A DNA stretch of 64,000 nt from a virus. Position numbers and translations under genes: made by a program. The stretch is taken from positions 24,700 through 88,699 of IMG/VR virus record IMGVR_UViG_3300045988_176129. The stretch is one strand, 5' to 3'. Under the pieces are notes generated by a model. It saw only the letters and a list, made by a program, of their open reading frames with translations. It had not been told where the DNA came from and searched no databases. Positions 47,528 to 57,392 of this stretch are shown piece by piece (positions within the stretch are counted from its first letter, which is position 1; the number at the start of each line of letters is the position of its first letter).

Positions 47528-48303
47528 TGTCAATATTTATTACTGGGGATACCCATGGTGATTTCCGCAGATTCTCAAGTCAGTATTTCTCAGAAGGAAA
47601 AAATCTAAATAGAAATGATTATGTTATTATATGTGGAGATTTTGGCGGAATTTGGGATATAGATAAACACAATCTTTCTGAAAAATATTGGCTTGATTGG
47701 TTAAATGCAAAACCTTGGACTACTCTTTTTGTAGATGGAAACCATGAAAATTTTACTCGTTTAAATAGTTTCCCGCAAGTAGAATTTTGCGGAGGTCTTA
47801 CTCATCAGATACGTCCGCATATTTATCATTTAATGCGAGGAGAAATTTTTGAAATAGATAATTGTACTATTCTTGCTTTTGGCGGTGCGCCATCACATGA
47901 CATCCAGGATGGTATAATTGATCCTTCAATAGATAAGGATTGGAAGGATACAGCTAGGTTATGGAGAAAGCAACATAAACTCTTTAGAATTAAAGGTATC
48001 TCTTGGTGGGAAGAAGAGGTGCCTACTGCCGCAGATTTTGACAATGCAAAGAAAAATTTAGCTTTATATAATAATAAAGTTGATTTTATTGTTACACACG
48101 AAGCACCCGCTTCTGCTTTTTATGAAATGGCTTTATGGGGGAAAGTGCCACCATCACAATATTTGCCAAGCGAAACGTCAAAACAAATTCAAGATTTAAT
48201 ATCTAATGTGGAATATAAACAGCATTATTTTGGTCATCATCATCTTGATAAAAGATTTAATTTTTCTGAATGTTTATATACATCAATTCAGCAAATACAT
48301 TAA
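47527..48303 (+). CDS. calcineurin-like metallophosphoesterase
   Basis: GDTHGD ... GDFGG ... GNHE ... H motifs. Confidence 0.7.
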   Translation: MSIFITGDTHGDFRRFSSQYFSEGKNLNRNDYVIICGDFGGIWDIDKHNLSEKYWLDWLNAKPWTTLFVDGNHENFTRLNSFPQVEFCGGLTHQIRPHIYHLMRGEIFEIDNCTILAFGGAPSHDIQDGIIDPSIDKDWKDTARLWRKQHKLFRIKGISWWEEEVPTAADFDNAKKNLALYNNKVDFIVTHEAPASAFYEMALWGKVPPSQYLPSETSKQIQDLISNVEYKQHYFGHHHLDKRFNFSECLYTSIQQIH

Positions 48304-48307
48304 TTAA

Positions 48308-48340
48308 AAGAGGATTTAATAATCCTCTTTTTGTTTTTTA
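48308..48340 (+). terminator. Rho-independent terminator
   Basis: agaggatt-taat-aatcctct followed by ttttgtttttt. Confidence 0.6.
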
Positions 48341-48392
48341 TAAAAAAATATGATATAATATTTATAGAAAGTTATGAAAGAGGTGTATAAAA

Positions 48393-48695
48393 ATGAGTAT
48401 AAGCATTAGTGAGATGTACTGCACTGAATGTGGGAAAAGAGGAATAGATATTCCTAGAAAAGTAGGAAAAGAACGAGAAGCTGGACACTTAAAATCATTA
48501 TATTGTATAAACTGTAAAAAAATAACTAATCATGCAGAGGTTCGTCCTTTTGGAAAGTATAATAAAGAGGATTTTTTAATTGAATTTGAAAACGGAAATT
48601 TTAAAAACGGAGAAAGAATTGTAAAGTCATATAAACAATTTATATCTTCAATTGTAAATAACACTGAGAAAATAGAAAAGCAAAAGGAGGAATAA
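48393..48695 (+). CDS. zinc-ribbon protein
   Basis: CTECGK ... CINCKK. Confidence 0.5.
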   Translation: MSISISEMYCTECGKRGIDIPRKVGKEREAGHLKSLYCINCKKITNHAEVRPFGKYNKEDFLIEFENGNFKNGERIVKSYKQFISSIVNNTEKIEKQKEE

Positions 48696-48698
48696 AAA

Positions 48699-49193
48699 AT
48701 GGCAAATATTATTATGATGTGCGGTATTCCTGGAAGTGGAAAGTCTACTTATGTAGAAAAACATAGAGGAGAACATGACCTTTATATATCAAGAGATTTA
48801 ATAAGATTTTCAATGCTTGAAGAAGGACAGGAATATTTTGGAAAAGAAAAGCTTGTTTTTGATACTTTTGTTAAGACAATAAATCAGGCTTTAAAAGTTA
48901 ATAGTATAGAAAATATATGGGTAGATGCAACTCATATCAATCCGCCATCAAGATATAAGATTCTTAGAAGAATATCCAAGCAGTATAAGTTCCTTAAAAT
49001 TATAGTTATGGATATTCCTCTCTCAGTATGTATAGATAGAAATAATTATAGAGAGGGGCGGGCAAGGGTTCCTGAGTCCGCAATTAATGGCATGTATAAA
49101 AATTTTAGAATGCCTACTTTTGAAGAAGGTTATAATGAAATCATAACAGTAGATATGTATGGTAATGAAATAAGGAGGAATAGAAATGTCTAA
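48699..49193 (+). CDS. polynucleotide 5'-kinase (T4 Pnk kinase-domain-like, P-loop)
   Basis: MMCGIPGSGKST Walker A; RD..R, DATHINPPSR and R..RVPE.AINGMYK parallel the T4 PNK kinase domain. Confidence 0.7.
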   Translation: MANIIMMCGIPGSGKSTYVEKHRGEHDLYISRDLIRFSMLEEGQEYFGKEKLVFDTFVKTINQALKVNSIENIWVDATHINPPSRYKILRRISKQYKFLKIIVMDIPLSVCIDRNNYREGRARVPESAINGMYKNFRMPTFEEGYNEIITVDMYGNEIRRNRNV

Positions 49194-49749
49194 TATTTGG
49201 ATAACTAGCGATACTCATCTGGGGCATGATCGAGATTTTATCTGGAAGCCTCGAGGTTTTAATTCAGTTGATGAAATGAATAATGAAATAGTTAAGAGAT
49301 GGAATGAAAAGGTTCAGCCAGAAGATATAGTATATCATTTGGGGGATGTTATGCTTGGAGATAATGAAGTTGGAGAAAATCTTCTTAAGCAGCTTAATGG
49401 AAATATAAGGTTTATAATTGGTAATCATGATACCAATAGTAGACTAAGAATATATGAAAAGTATGGTGAAATTCTTGGCTATGCAACAGTAATAAAGTAT
49501 AAAAAGAAAATGTTATATCTTAGTCATTATCCAACTTTAACAGGAAATTTTGATGATGTAATAAAAGGCGGAACTCTAAACTTAAACTTATGCGGTCATT
49601 TACATACTTTTAATAAATTTTTAGATATGGATAAAGGAGCTATTTATCATTGTGAAATGGATGCACATAACTGTTATCCCATTTTACTTGATGATGTAAT
49701 AACAGATATAAAAAATTATTGTATAAATGAAAGAGGTAATAAAGAATGA
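49186..49749 (+). CDS. metallophosphoesterase (candidate 2',3'-phosphatase of the RNA-repair module)
   Basis: SDTHLGHD ... LGDV ... GNHD ... GHLH. Confidence 0.7.
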   Translation: MSNIWITSDTHLGHDRDFIWKPRGFNSVDEMNNEIVKRWNEKVQPEDIVYHLGDVMLGDNEVGENLLKQLNGNIRFIIGNHDTNSRLRIYEKYGEILGYATVIKYKKKMLYLSHYPTLTGNFDDVIKGGTLNLNLCGHLHTFNKFLDMDKGAIYHCEMDAHNCYPILLDDVITDIKNYCINERGNKE

Positions 49750-50318
49750 TAATGAAAAAATATCATATTGCAAAAGCAGAATATAATGGGGATACGGGAT
49801 TTTCTCTAATTGAAATATCCACTCCTATTGGAAGCTTTTTTGGGTATGCCTGTTTAAACCCAGAGGATAGAGAGGCTGGTTATGATTCTCGTTTTTTTGG
49901 TTGTCAGCTTGCAGAACTTAGAGCAGTAATAAAATATTATAAGGCACTAGTTAGAATAGAGAAGGAAGTTTATAAAAGAGAGATTAATTTTTTAAACACT
50001 CTTCGTCAGGCAAAAGAGTATGACAATGATGCTTTTTATGCTAAAAGGCTAAAAAAGAAGTGTCGAATTACAGAAAATGAAAAAAATAATCTTATTAGAG
50101 ATTTAAAAGCACTTCAAGAGAAAGAGAAAATAATGCCATATACACGAATTGAGTCAATAAAAGAATCTCAGGCGGCATTACAGAAGCGCAGAGATAGAGA
50201 AGATAAAATGAATAAACTTAGAGAAGGCATTAGGAAAAATTTAGAGAACCAAGCTGCTAAAAAGAAGAAGAGTCGCATTGCCGCAACTTTAAGTGATACA
50301 ATGGACAAGAATAATTAA
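49746..50318 (+). CDS. hypothetical coiled-coil protein
   Basis: ATGA overlap with the upstream gene. Confidence 0.5.
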   Translation: MIMKKYHIAKAEYNGDTGFSLIEISTPIGSFFGYACLNPEDREAGYDSRFFGCQLAELRAVIKYYKALVRIEKEVYKREINFLNTLRQAKEYDNDAFYAKRLKKKCRITENEKNNLIRDLKALQEKEKIMPYTRIESIKESQAALQKRRDREDKMNKLREGIRKNLENQAAKKKKSRIAATLSDTMDKNN

Positions 50319-50343
50319 AATAATGTATAATTTTTTAATATAT

Positions 50344-50385
50344 GAGAAAGTAGAAATAGTTCTACTTTCTCATTTTTTTATTTTA
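50344..50385 (+). terminator. Rho-independent terminator
   Basis: gagaaagtagaa-atag-ttctactttctc followed by attttttt. Confidence 0.65.
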
Positions 50386-50399
50386 AGGAGGAAAAGGAT

Positions 50400-50750
50400 A
50401 TGCAAGATAAATTAACATTAATAATAATTATTTTATTTGGAATCTTTATTCTTTTTGAAATTGGAGTTTCTATTGTTAAATTTTTTAAAAAACCAAAAGA
50501 CCAACAGATAAAAGACTTAAAAGAATGGCTTTTATATGCTGTTATTAAAGCTGAGAAATATCTTGGTAGTGGAACTGGTGAATTAAAGCTTAGATATGTA
50601 TATGATTTAGCAATTAGTAAATTTCCTTTTGTTTCAGTTTTCATTCCTTTTGAAACATTCAGTAAATATGTAGATGAAGCTCTCGATCAAATGAAGGATA
50701 TGTTAGATAAGAATGAGAATATAAAAGAATATATAGAAAAAGATGAATAA
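50400..50750 (+). CDS. holin-like small membrane protein
   Basis: RBS aaggaggaaaagg; N-terminal transmembrane segment and charged C-terminus; immediately upstream of the endolysin. Confidence 0.5.
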   Translation: MQDKLTLIIIILFGIFILFEIGVSIVKFFKKPKDQQIKDLKEWLLYAVIKAEKYLGSGTGELKLRYVYDLAISKFPFVSVFIPFETFSKYVDEALDQMKDMLDKNENIKEYIEKDE

Positions 50751-50762
50751 GAGGTAATTAAA

Positions 50763-51836
50763 ATGGGTTTTACAAATAGTAAATTAGTGAATTATAAACA
50801 GATAAGCCCTAATAAAGACACTAATAGGAATCATATTATAGATACTATTTCTATTCATTGCATGGCAGGAGATTTATCTGTTGAAACATGTGGTAATTTA
50901 TTCTCAAGAACATCAACTGATGCAAGCTCTAATTATGGAATTGGCTCTGATGGTAGAATAGGATTATATGTTGAAGAAAAAGATAGGAGCTGGTGTACTT
51001 CTAGTGCATCTAACGATAATAGGGCAGTTACTATTGAGGTAGCAAATGATGGCCCGGGACCTGAGTGGCATGTAAGCTCAGCCGCAATGAAATCTTTAAT
51101 TAATCTTTGCGCAGATATATGTAAACGTAATGGTATTAAAGAGTTAAAATGGAGAGCTGATAAATCTCTTATAGGTCAAGTTGATAAACAAAATATGACA
51201 GTTCACCGTTGGTTCGCAGCAAAATCATGTCCGGGAGAATACCTTTATAATAAGCACACCTATATTGCCCTTGAGGTAAATAAAAAGCTTAAAAAGACTA
51301 AATCAAAAGTTCCAGATATTGCAAAGCCTTATCTTGGGAAAGGCTATGAGGGAATTGAAGTAGCTTATCTTCAACAAGATTTAAACTATCTTGGATTTAA
51401 AGATGCAAAAGGCAATAAGCTTGATACAGATGGTATTTTTGGAGCTGGTACAGAGTATGCTCTTAAAGCTTTTCAAAAGAAATACAAGCTTACTATTGAT
51501 GGAGAATATGGTAATAGTTCATACAATAAGATGAAACGAGTTTTTGCAATATCAAAAATCAAAAAACCTACAACAACCGTTGTAAAAAAGAAAGCTCCTG
51601 CAATAGCAAAGCCTTATCTTGAACAGGGCTATTCAAATACTCAAGTCAAATATCTTCAGCAAGACTTAAATTATCTTGGATTTAAAGATAATAGTAATAA
51701 AGCGCTTGTGGTTGATGGAATCTTTGGAGTGGCAACCGCGCAAGCTTTAAAGAAATTTCAAAGGAAATATAAACTTGCAGTTGATGCAGAATATGGCAAC
51801 GCTTCTTATGCAAAAATGAAAAAAGTTTGCAAATAA
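50763..51836 (+). CDS. endolysin: N-acetylmuramoyl-L-alanine amidase (Amidase_2) + 2x PG_binding_1
   Basis: IHCMAGD...KSCPGEY amidase core; two YLQQDLNYLGFKD...DGIFG...ALK.FQ.KY repeats. Confidence 0.8.
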   Translation: MGFTNSKLVNYKQISPNKDTNRNHIIDTISIHCMAGDLSVETCGNLFSRTSTDASSNYGIGSDGRIGLYVEEKDRSWCTSSASNDNRAVTIEVANDGPGPEWHVSSAAMKSLINLCADICKRNGIKELKWRADKSLIGQVDKQNMTVHRWFAAKSCPGEYLYNKHTYIALEVNKKLKKTKSKVPDIAKPYLGKGYEGIEVAYLQQDLNYLGFKDAKGNKLDTDGIFGAGTEYALKAFQKKYKLTIDGEYGNSSYNKMKRVFAISKIKKPTTTVVKKKAPAIAKPYLEQGYSNTQVKYLQQDLNYLGFKDNSNKALVVDGIFGVATAQALKKFQRKYKLAVDAEYGNASYAKMKKVCK

Positions 51837-51847
51837 AATTATAATAA

Positions 51848-51885
51848 AGCAGATATGAAAAATATCTGCTTTATTTTTTTGCTCT
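51848..51885 (+). terminator. Rho-independent terminator
   Basis: aagcagatat-gaaaa-atatctgctt followed by tattttttt. Confidence 0.7.
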
Positions 51886-51983
51886 TTTTTAGAGTAAAAT
51901 AGTTGACAGAATATCAAAAATATGATATAATAATTATATAATAAAAAAGAAGTTAGCACTGTATAAATAAAAAAGGAGACACT

Positions 51984-52376
51984 ATGGAAAGATTTAATAA
52001 TTTTGCTATTGGAGAACATATATGGTTTAATCAGGTATGGGTTGGACCCTCTGGAGGAACTATTTTAGGTTTTAATTCAACAATTGATCCAGATGGGAAA
52101 CCTGCTACTAATGTTACAATTCATCTTGATGATGGGGGCGTGTCGGCATCTTTATTAAAAAATATTTATCATACAAAAGAAGAGCTTCTTGAAATTAATA
52201 AAAAAGAAGAATCTATTCTTATTGCTAATTATAAATCTGAAATATTAGATATTGAAAGTCTTGTTCGTTTTATGTTTAATAATACAATTTCTACAGGTTC
52301 ATGTGAATATACTGATTGGGAAGCGCGTCAAGCTGCCAAAGAACGAGCAAAAGAACTTCTTAATATTGATTTATAA
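51984..52376 (+). CDS. hypothetical protein
   Basis: Promoter and RBS aaaaggagac. Confidence 0.5.
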   Translation: MERFNNFAIGEHIWFNQVWVGPSGGTILGFNSTIDPDGKPATNVTIHLDDGGVSASLLKNIYHTKEELLEINKKEESILIANYKSEILDIESLVRFMFNNTISTGSCEYTDWEARQAAKERAKELLNIDL

Positions 52377-52391
52377 AAAGGAGGGGTAAAT

Positions 52392-52949
52392 ATGTTAAGA
52401 ATATATACTGATGGAGCATGTAGTGGAAATCCTGGATCAGGTGGATATAGTGTTATTGGACTTATACAAATATATGACCATATTTTTTTTACTTTTTTCA
52501 ATAGCGAAAGATGTGAAAATACCACTAACAATAGAGAAGAATTAAAAGCAATAATTTCTGCTATTGATATAGTTCAAACATTACCTTTTACATATAATAT
52601 ATATTCTGATTCAGCTTATTGCGTTAATATAATTAAAGATTGGATGTGGTCTTGGGCGAAATCTAATTGGCGCAATAGTAAAAATGAGGAGGTTAAAAAT
52701 CTTGATTTAGTAAAAAATCTTTATTACTTATATGATAACAAAAAAACTTCAATTTGTCAAATCCATAAGGTTAGAGGACATCTAGGTTTTGATGTAAAAG
52801 GAGACATAGACGCAATAGGAAATGAATTAGCGGATGCTTTTGCTACGAATAATCTTAAAAAAATAATTAATATTATAAATAGACATAAAATTATATGTAC
52901 TTCTAAAGTGAAAGAAGATTTAAAATTACTCTTAAAATCTAATAATTGA
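52392..52949 (+). CDS. rnhA: ribonuclease H (RNase HI)
   Basis: YTDGACSGNPGSGGYSV, NNREELKAI, IYSDSAY, RGH...NELADAFA catalytic D-E-D-(H)-D pattern. Confidence 0.8.
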   Translation: MLRIYTDGACSGNPGSGGYSVIGLIQIYDHIFFTFFNSERCENTTNNREELKAIISAIDIVQTLPFTYNIYSDSAYCVNIIKDWMWSWAKSNWRNSKNEEVKNLDLVKNLYYLYDNKKTSICQIHKVRGHLGFDVKGDIDAIGNELADAFATNNLKKIINIINRHKIICTSKVKEDLKLLLKSNN

Positions 52950-53030
52950 CAAAAAATAAAATTTTTAATATAATATTTATTGAGGTTAAAAATAATAAAT
53001 AAAATTTTAATAAAGAAAGGAGTTATACAG

Positions 53031-54908
53031 ATGAGTAATAATTTGTATAATGAGGAAAGTATTAAATCACTAAGCCCATTGGAATTTACCCGTCTTCGTC
53101 CTGGTGTCTATTGTGGATCTACGGAGTATGCAACTCAACCATTAATAGAGATAGTATCTAATGCTATTGATGAATATAAGGCTGGACATGGAGATACAAT
53201 AGATGTAACTATAAATAAAGATAATTCTTGCTGTGTAAGAGACTATGCACAGGGATTTTTAATTAATAGTAAAAGGGATGATGGTAAGACTATTCTTCAG
53301 GCAGCATTTGATACACTTAATACTTCAGGAAAATTTACAGACGATGGAGTGTATGAAGGTACTGCTTTAGGTCTTAATGGTATAGGAAGCAAGCTTACAA
53401 ACTTCTTGTCACATTGGTTGATAGTTACTTCTTTTAGAGACGGAAAATTTGAAGAGGTATCCTTTAAAGAAGGAGTTTTTTCAGATCGTATAACAGGAGA
53501 CAGTAATGAGCATGGAACTGAAGTAGAGTGGCTTCCTAGTGAAGAATTTTTTACTTCAAATAAAGTTGAAATAAATAGAGTAAAAGAATTATTTGATGTT
53601 CTTGTTTGTCTATGTCCTGGATTGACAATAAATCTTACAACTTCAGATGAAAAGGTTTCATTTTTCTCAAAAAATGGTTTAAATGATTTAGTTGATAAAA
53701 AGGTTAAAGACAATGAACTTATTAACAATAGAATGAATATGTCTTTTGAGAATGGTAGAAATAAAATGGATATGGTTATTACATATACTTCTAATTATTC
53801 TTTAAATATGATTTCTTATGTTAATACAGGTGAAACTGATGCAGGCCCACATATCACGCAGATAAAAACTATTTTAACCAGAGAGTTTAATAAATTCTTT
53901 AAAGAGAAAAAATGGTTAAAAGATAAAGATACTAATTTTTCAGGTGATGATATACAGGAAGGATTATTAATTGCTTTTAATATTACTGCTCCAGGAGTTT
54001 CATATGATGCTCAGACCAAGAGTAGAATTGTAAAGTTAGACATGACACCTTTTACATCTGCTATTGTTGAAAACTTACAATATTGGTTTAATAATAATGA
54101 AAAAGAAATTAAACTAATATTTGATAAGGCGGCAAGTGCTAGAAAAGCTAGAGAAGCAGCTAAGAAAGCAAGGGAAGCTGCAAGAAAGCCAAAAGAAAAA
54201 GGTTTAAAAGCTAAAATGAAACTTAGCAATAAGTTTATTGATTGTGCAAATAAAAATCCTTCAGAAAGAAATCTTCTGTTGGTAGAGGGCCTTTCAGCTG
54301 GGAGCGCCGCAGTTGAAGCAAGAAATGCAAAAACAGATTGTATATATATGTTAAGAGGAAAGATTATTTCTCCTTTAAAGACATCTATTGATAAAATTTT
54401 AGCTAATCAGGAAATGTCTGATATAGTTAGAGTCATAGGGGCAGGATTTGGTGACACTTTTGATGTGTCAAAAATGAATTTTGATAAGATTGTAATAACA
54501 ACAGATATGGATTCTGATGGAGCAGATATTGAACTTCTTTTGATTACATTTTTCTTTACATATATGCGTCCTTTAATAGAAGCGGGAAAGCTTTATCGAG
54601 CAGTAACTCCTCTTTATATAGTAAAGCTTGGAAAAGAAGAATTGTATTTCTATACAGAAGAAGAAATGGATAAATTCAAAACAACTCATAAAAACAATTA
54701 TGAAGTATTGAGAGCAAAGGGTCTTGGAGAACTTGATGCAGCTGATCTTCATAAGGTTTGCTTTGAAAAGCAGAGATTTAAGAGAATTACTATATCTGAC
54801 TTGCAGAAAACAAAAGTATTATTAGATACATTGCAGGGACAAGCGGTTACTCCAAGAAAACAATTTATTTATGATAATGCAAAGACTCTTGGATTTGAAT
54901 TTGATTAA
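53031..54908 (+). CDS. type II DNA topoisomerase, ATPase/TOPRIM subunit (GyrB/gp39-like)
   Basis: GHKL ATPase N-terminus and TOPRIM LLLVEGLSAGSA; start set at MSNNLY with RBS aaaggagt. Confidence 0.8.
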   Translation: MSNNLYNEESIKSLSPLEFTRLRPGVYCGSTEYATQPLIEIVSNAIDEYKAGHGDTIDVTINKDNSCCVRDYAQGFLINSKRDDGKTILQAAFDTLNTSGKFTDDGVYEGTALGLNGIGSKLTNFLSHWLIVTSFRDGKFEEVSFKEGVFSDRITGDSNEHGTEVEWLPSEEFFTSNKVEINRVKELFDVLVCLCPGLTINLTTSDEKVSFFSKNGLNDLVDKKVKDNELINNRMNMSFENGRNKMDMVITYTSNYSLNMISYVNTGETDAGPHITQIKTILTREFNKFFKEKKWLKDKDTNFSGDDIQEGLLIAFNITAPGVSYDAQTKSRIVKLDMTPFTSAIVENLQYWFNNNEKEIKLIFDKAASARKAREAAKKAREAARKPKEKGLKAKMKLSNKFIDCANKNPSERNLLLVEGLSAGSAAVEARNAKTDCIYMLRGKIISPLKTSIDKILANQEMSDIVRVIGAGFGDTFDVSKMNFDKIVITTDMDSDGADIELLLITFFFTYMRPLIEAGKLYRAVTPLYIVKLGKEELYFYTEEEMDKFKTTHKNNYEVLRAKGLGELDAADLHKVCFEKQRFKRITISDLQKTKVLLDTLQGQAVTPRKQFIYDNAKTLGFEFD

Positions 54909-54952
54909 AAAATATGATATAATAAATTATAAAATAAAGAAAGGACATAAAT

Positions 54953-57325
54953 ATGGAAGATTTTATTACTGAAGTAGATATATATGATGAAAGTAAAGAG
55001 TCTTTCCTTACCTATGCTTCAGAAGTTTTAACTGATAGAGCAATTCCATCCGCAGAGGATGGACTTCTCTCTGCTCAGAGAAAGATTCTTTGGACAATGG
55101 AAGATTTCTTAAAAATGTCTAATAAAGGTAAGACAAAGAAATGTAATGCGATAGTCGGAAGCACATTAGCCACTAGCTATTTTCATGGAGATCAAGCTTG
55201 TTATGGAGTTTTGTGTAAAATGTCTCAGCCTTATTTAATGAGATACCCTCTTATACAAGGACAGGGTTCTTTGGGAACTCAGGAAAATAATGATATGGTA
55301 GCTAGTTCAAGATATACAGAAGCTAAGCCATCTAAATTTGCAGACTTAATGATGGAAAATTTTAAGAAGAATGCAGTTCCTCTGAAAGAGACCTATAATG
55401 GAGAATTTTATGAGCCAGTTATTCTTCCAGGAATGTTTCCTAATGCGATGTGTAATGGTAGACAGGCTATTGGTATTAGTATGTCTCATTCATCTATGCC
55501 ACATAATCTATCTGAGGTATGTGACGGAATTATAGCTTATATTCGCAATAAAAATATAACAATAGATGAATTGATGGAATATATTAAAGGCCCAGACTTC
55601 CCACTCGAGAATGTTGTTATAAATAGCAAAGATATAAGAACAGCTTTTGCAACAGGACATTCAGCAACATCTTTAAAGGTAAGAGGAAAATATAATGTAA
55701 AAGGACAGGTTATTACATTTTATACTATTCCATATAGAACATATAGAAACAAAATAAAAGAGCAGTTAGAAAAAAATATTGATATTTTTGATGATTTGTT
55801 AGAAGACTTTAATGATGAATCTTCTCTTGGCGAGAACAAGCTAGTGTTTACAGTTAAAAAAGGAGTTAATCCTGAATCAGTAGTAAATAAACTTTTTGCT
55901 TTAACTGATTTACAGACTACGCTTTCATATAATATGAATTATATTGTAAATGGAACTCCTAAAATGTGTTCTATGCTAGATTTGGTAAAAGCTTATGTAA
56001 CTCATCAGATTAATGTGTTACTTAATGTAACTAATTTTGATAGAGATAAAGCTGTAGCACGTAAGCATATTTTGGATGGACTCTTAATAATAATTAAGAG
56101 TATAGATAGAGCCATTGAAATTATTAGAGGTTCAATTGATTCTAAAGAAGCAAAAGATAAGCTTCAGAAAGAATTTGGATTAGATGAAATTCAGGCTAAA
56201 GCTGTTCTTGACTTAAAATTAGCTAGATTGACAAAGCTTGATAGCAATGATTTAATAAAAGAACTTGAAGAAAAAATCGCTATTATAGCAGAATGTGATA
56301 GAATTATTAATGAAGAGGATTACAGAAATACAAAACTTATTGAGTTAATAAATAAGCTGAAAGAAAAGTATGGAGATGCTCGTAGAACAGAACTTCTTAA
56401 TATTGAAGTTCCAAAAGAAGAAAAAGAAATTGCAGAAGTAATTCCAGAAGATGTAGTTGTAGTTCTTACAAAGACTGGTTTAATAAAGCGAGTTCCCGCA
56501 AAATCATTTAAGGTTCAAAAGAGAAATGGAGTAGGAATAAAAAATGCGGATTCCGCAATCCTCAGTTCTATCTCAACTAATACTGTTGATATACTTATGG
56601 CTTTTTCATCAAAAGGAAAAATGTATAGATTGGTTGTTGACAACGTACCAGCTGGAACTAATGTATCAAAAGGTTCTTCAATTAGAGATTTAATTCCTAT
56701 TGAACCAGATGAAGAAATTATTGCAATTACTTCTTTGTATAGAAAGAGTGAAGCTAAGTATGTAGTATTTATTACTAAGAATGGTTTACTTAAAAAGACT
56801 GAGCTTGATGAATATAAATCTGCAAAAAGAAATTGTGGTATTGCGGCAATTAAATTAAAAGAAGGAGACAGTCTTGCGAATGTAACTTTCTTAAATGATG
56901 AACAAATAATGATTATCACAAAGAAAGGTATGTCTATCCGTTTTGAAACAAAAGATATTGGAGCTGTTGGTAGAATAGCTATGGGAGTAAAATCTATTAA
57001 ATTAGATGAAGGAGACAGCATATTATGCGGACTTCCAGTTCATAAGAATACAGATAGTTTAGCAATATTTACTGAAAAGGGATTAGGCAAAAAGATGGAG
57101 CTGTCTGAATTTCCAGTTCAAGGTAGAGGTGGAAAGGGACTCCAGTTATATAAAGGAGATAACATTGTCGGCGCAGAAATGATTAGTGATAATGATTCTA
57201 TCCTTATTGTAGGTAACAGGTCTACGATATGTATTTCTGCAAAAGATATTCCAAACTTTGGAAGAACTGCCGCAGGCAATATAATGATAAAAAATTCTAC
57301 AATATTAAATGTAGTAAAAATATAA
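54953..57325 (+). CDS. type II DNA topoisomerase, DNA breakage-reunion subunit (GyrA/gp52-like)
   Basis: AEDGLLSAQRKILW and the active-site SSRYTEAK block. Confidence 0.8.
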   Translation: MEDFITEVDIYDESKESFLTYASEVLTDRAIPSAEDGLLSAQRKILWTMEDFLKMSNKGKTKKCNAIVGSTLATSYFHGDQACYGVLCKMSQPYLMRYPLIQGQGSLGTQENNDMVASSRYTEAKPSKFADLMMENFKKNAVPLKETYNGEFYEPVILPGMFPNAMCNGRQAIGISMSHSSMPHNLSEVCDGIIAYIRNKNITIDELMEYIKGPDFPLENVVINSKDIRTAFATGHSATSLKVRGKYNVKGQVITFYTIPYRTYRNKIKEQLEKNIDIFDDLLEDFNDESSLGENKLVFTVKKGVNPESVVNKLFALTDLQTTLSYNMNYIVNGTPKMCSMLDLVKAYVTHQINVLLNVTNFDRDKAVARKHILDGLLIIIKSIDRAIEIIRGSIDSKEAKDKLQKEFGLDEIQAKAVLDLKLARLTKLDSNDLIKELEEKIAIIAECDRIINEEDYRNTKLIELINKLKEKYGDARRTELLNIEVPKEEKEIAEVIPEDVVVVLTKTGLIKRVPAKSFKVQKRNGVGIKNADSAILSSISTNTVDILMAFSSKGKMYRLVVDNVPAGTNVSKGSSIRDLIPIEPDEEIIAITSLYRKSEAKYVVFITKNGLLKKTELDEYKSAKRNCGIAAIKLKEGDSLANVTFLNDEQIMIITKKGMSIRFETKDIGAVGRIAMGVKSIKLDEGDSILCGLPVHKNTDSLAIFTEKGLGKKMELSEFPVQGRGGKGLQLYKGDNIVGAEMISDNDSILIVGNRSTICISAKDIPNFGRTAAGNIMIKNSTILNVVKI

Positions 57326-57392
57326 GGGGGCTTGTGCTCCCTTATTTGATTTTTAATAAAAAATATATTATAATATATATAGAAGTTAAGAG

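Noticed and set aside
52980-53030. Longer N-terminal start for the GyrB-like gene (MRLKIINKIL...)
   Set aside because: It lacks an RBS. The downstream ATG at 53031 has aaaggagt at ideal spacing, and the ATPase domain begins there.
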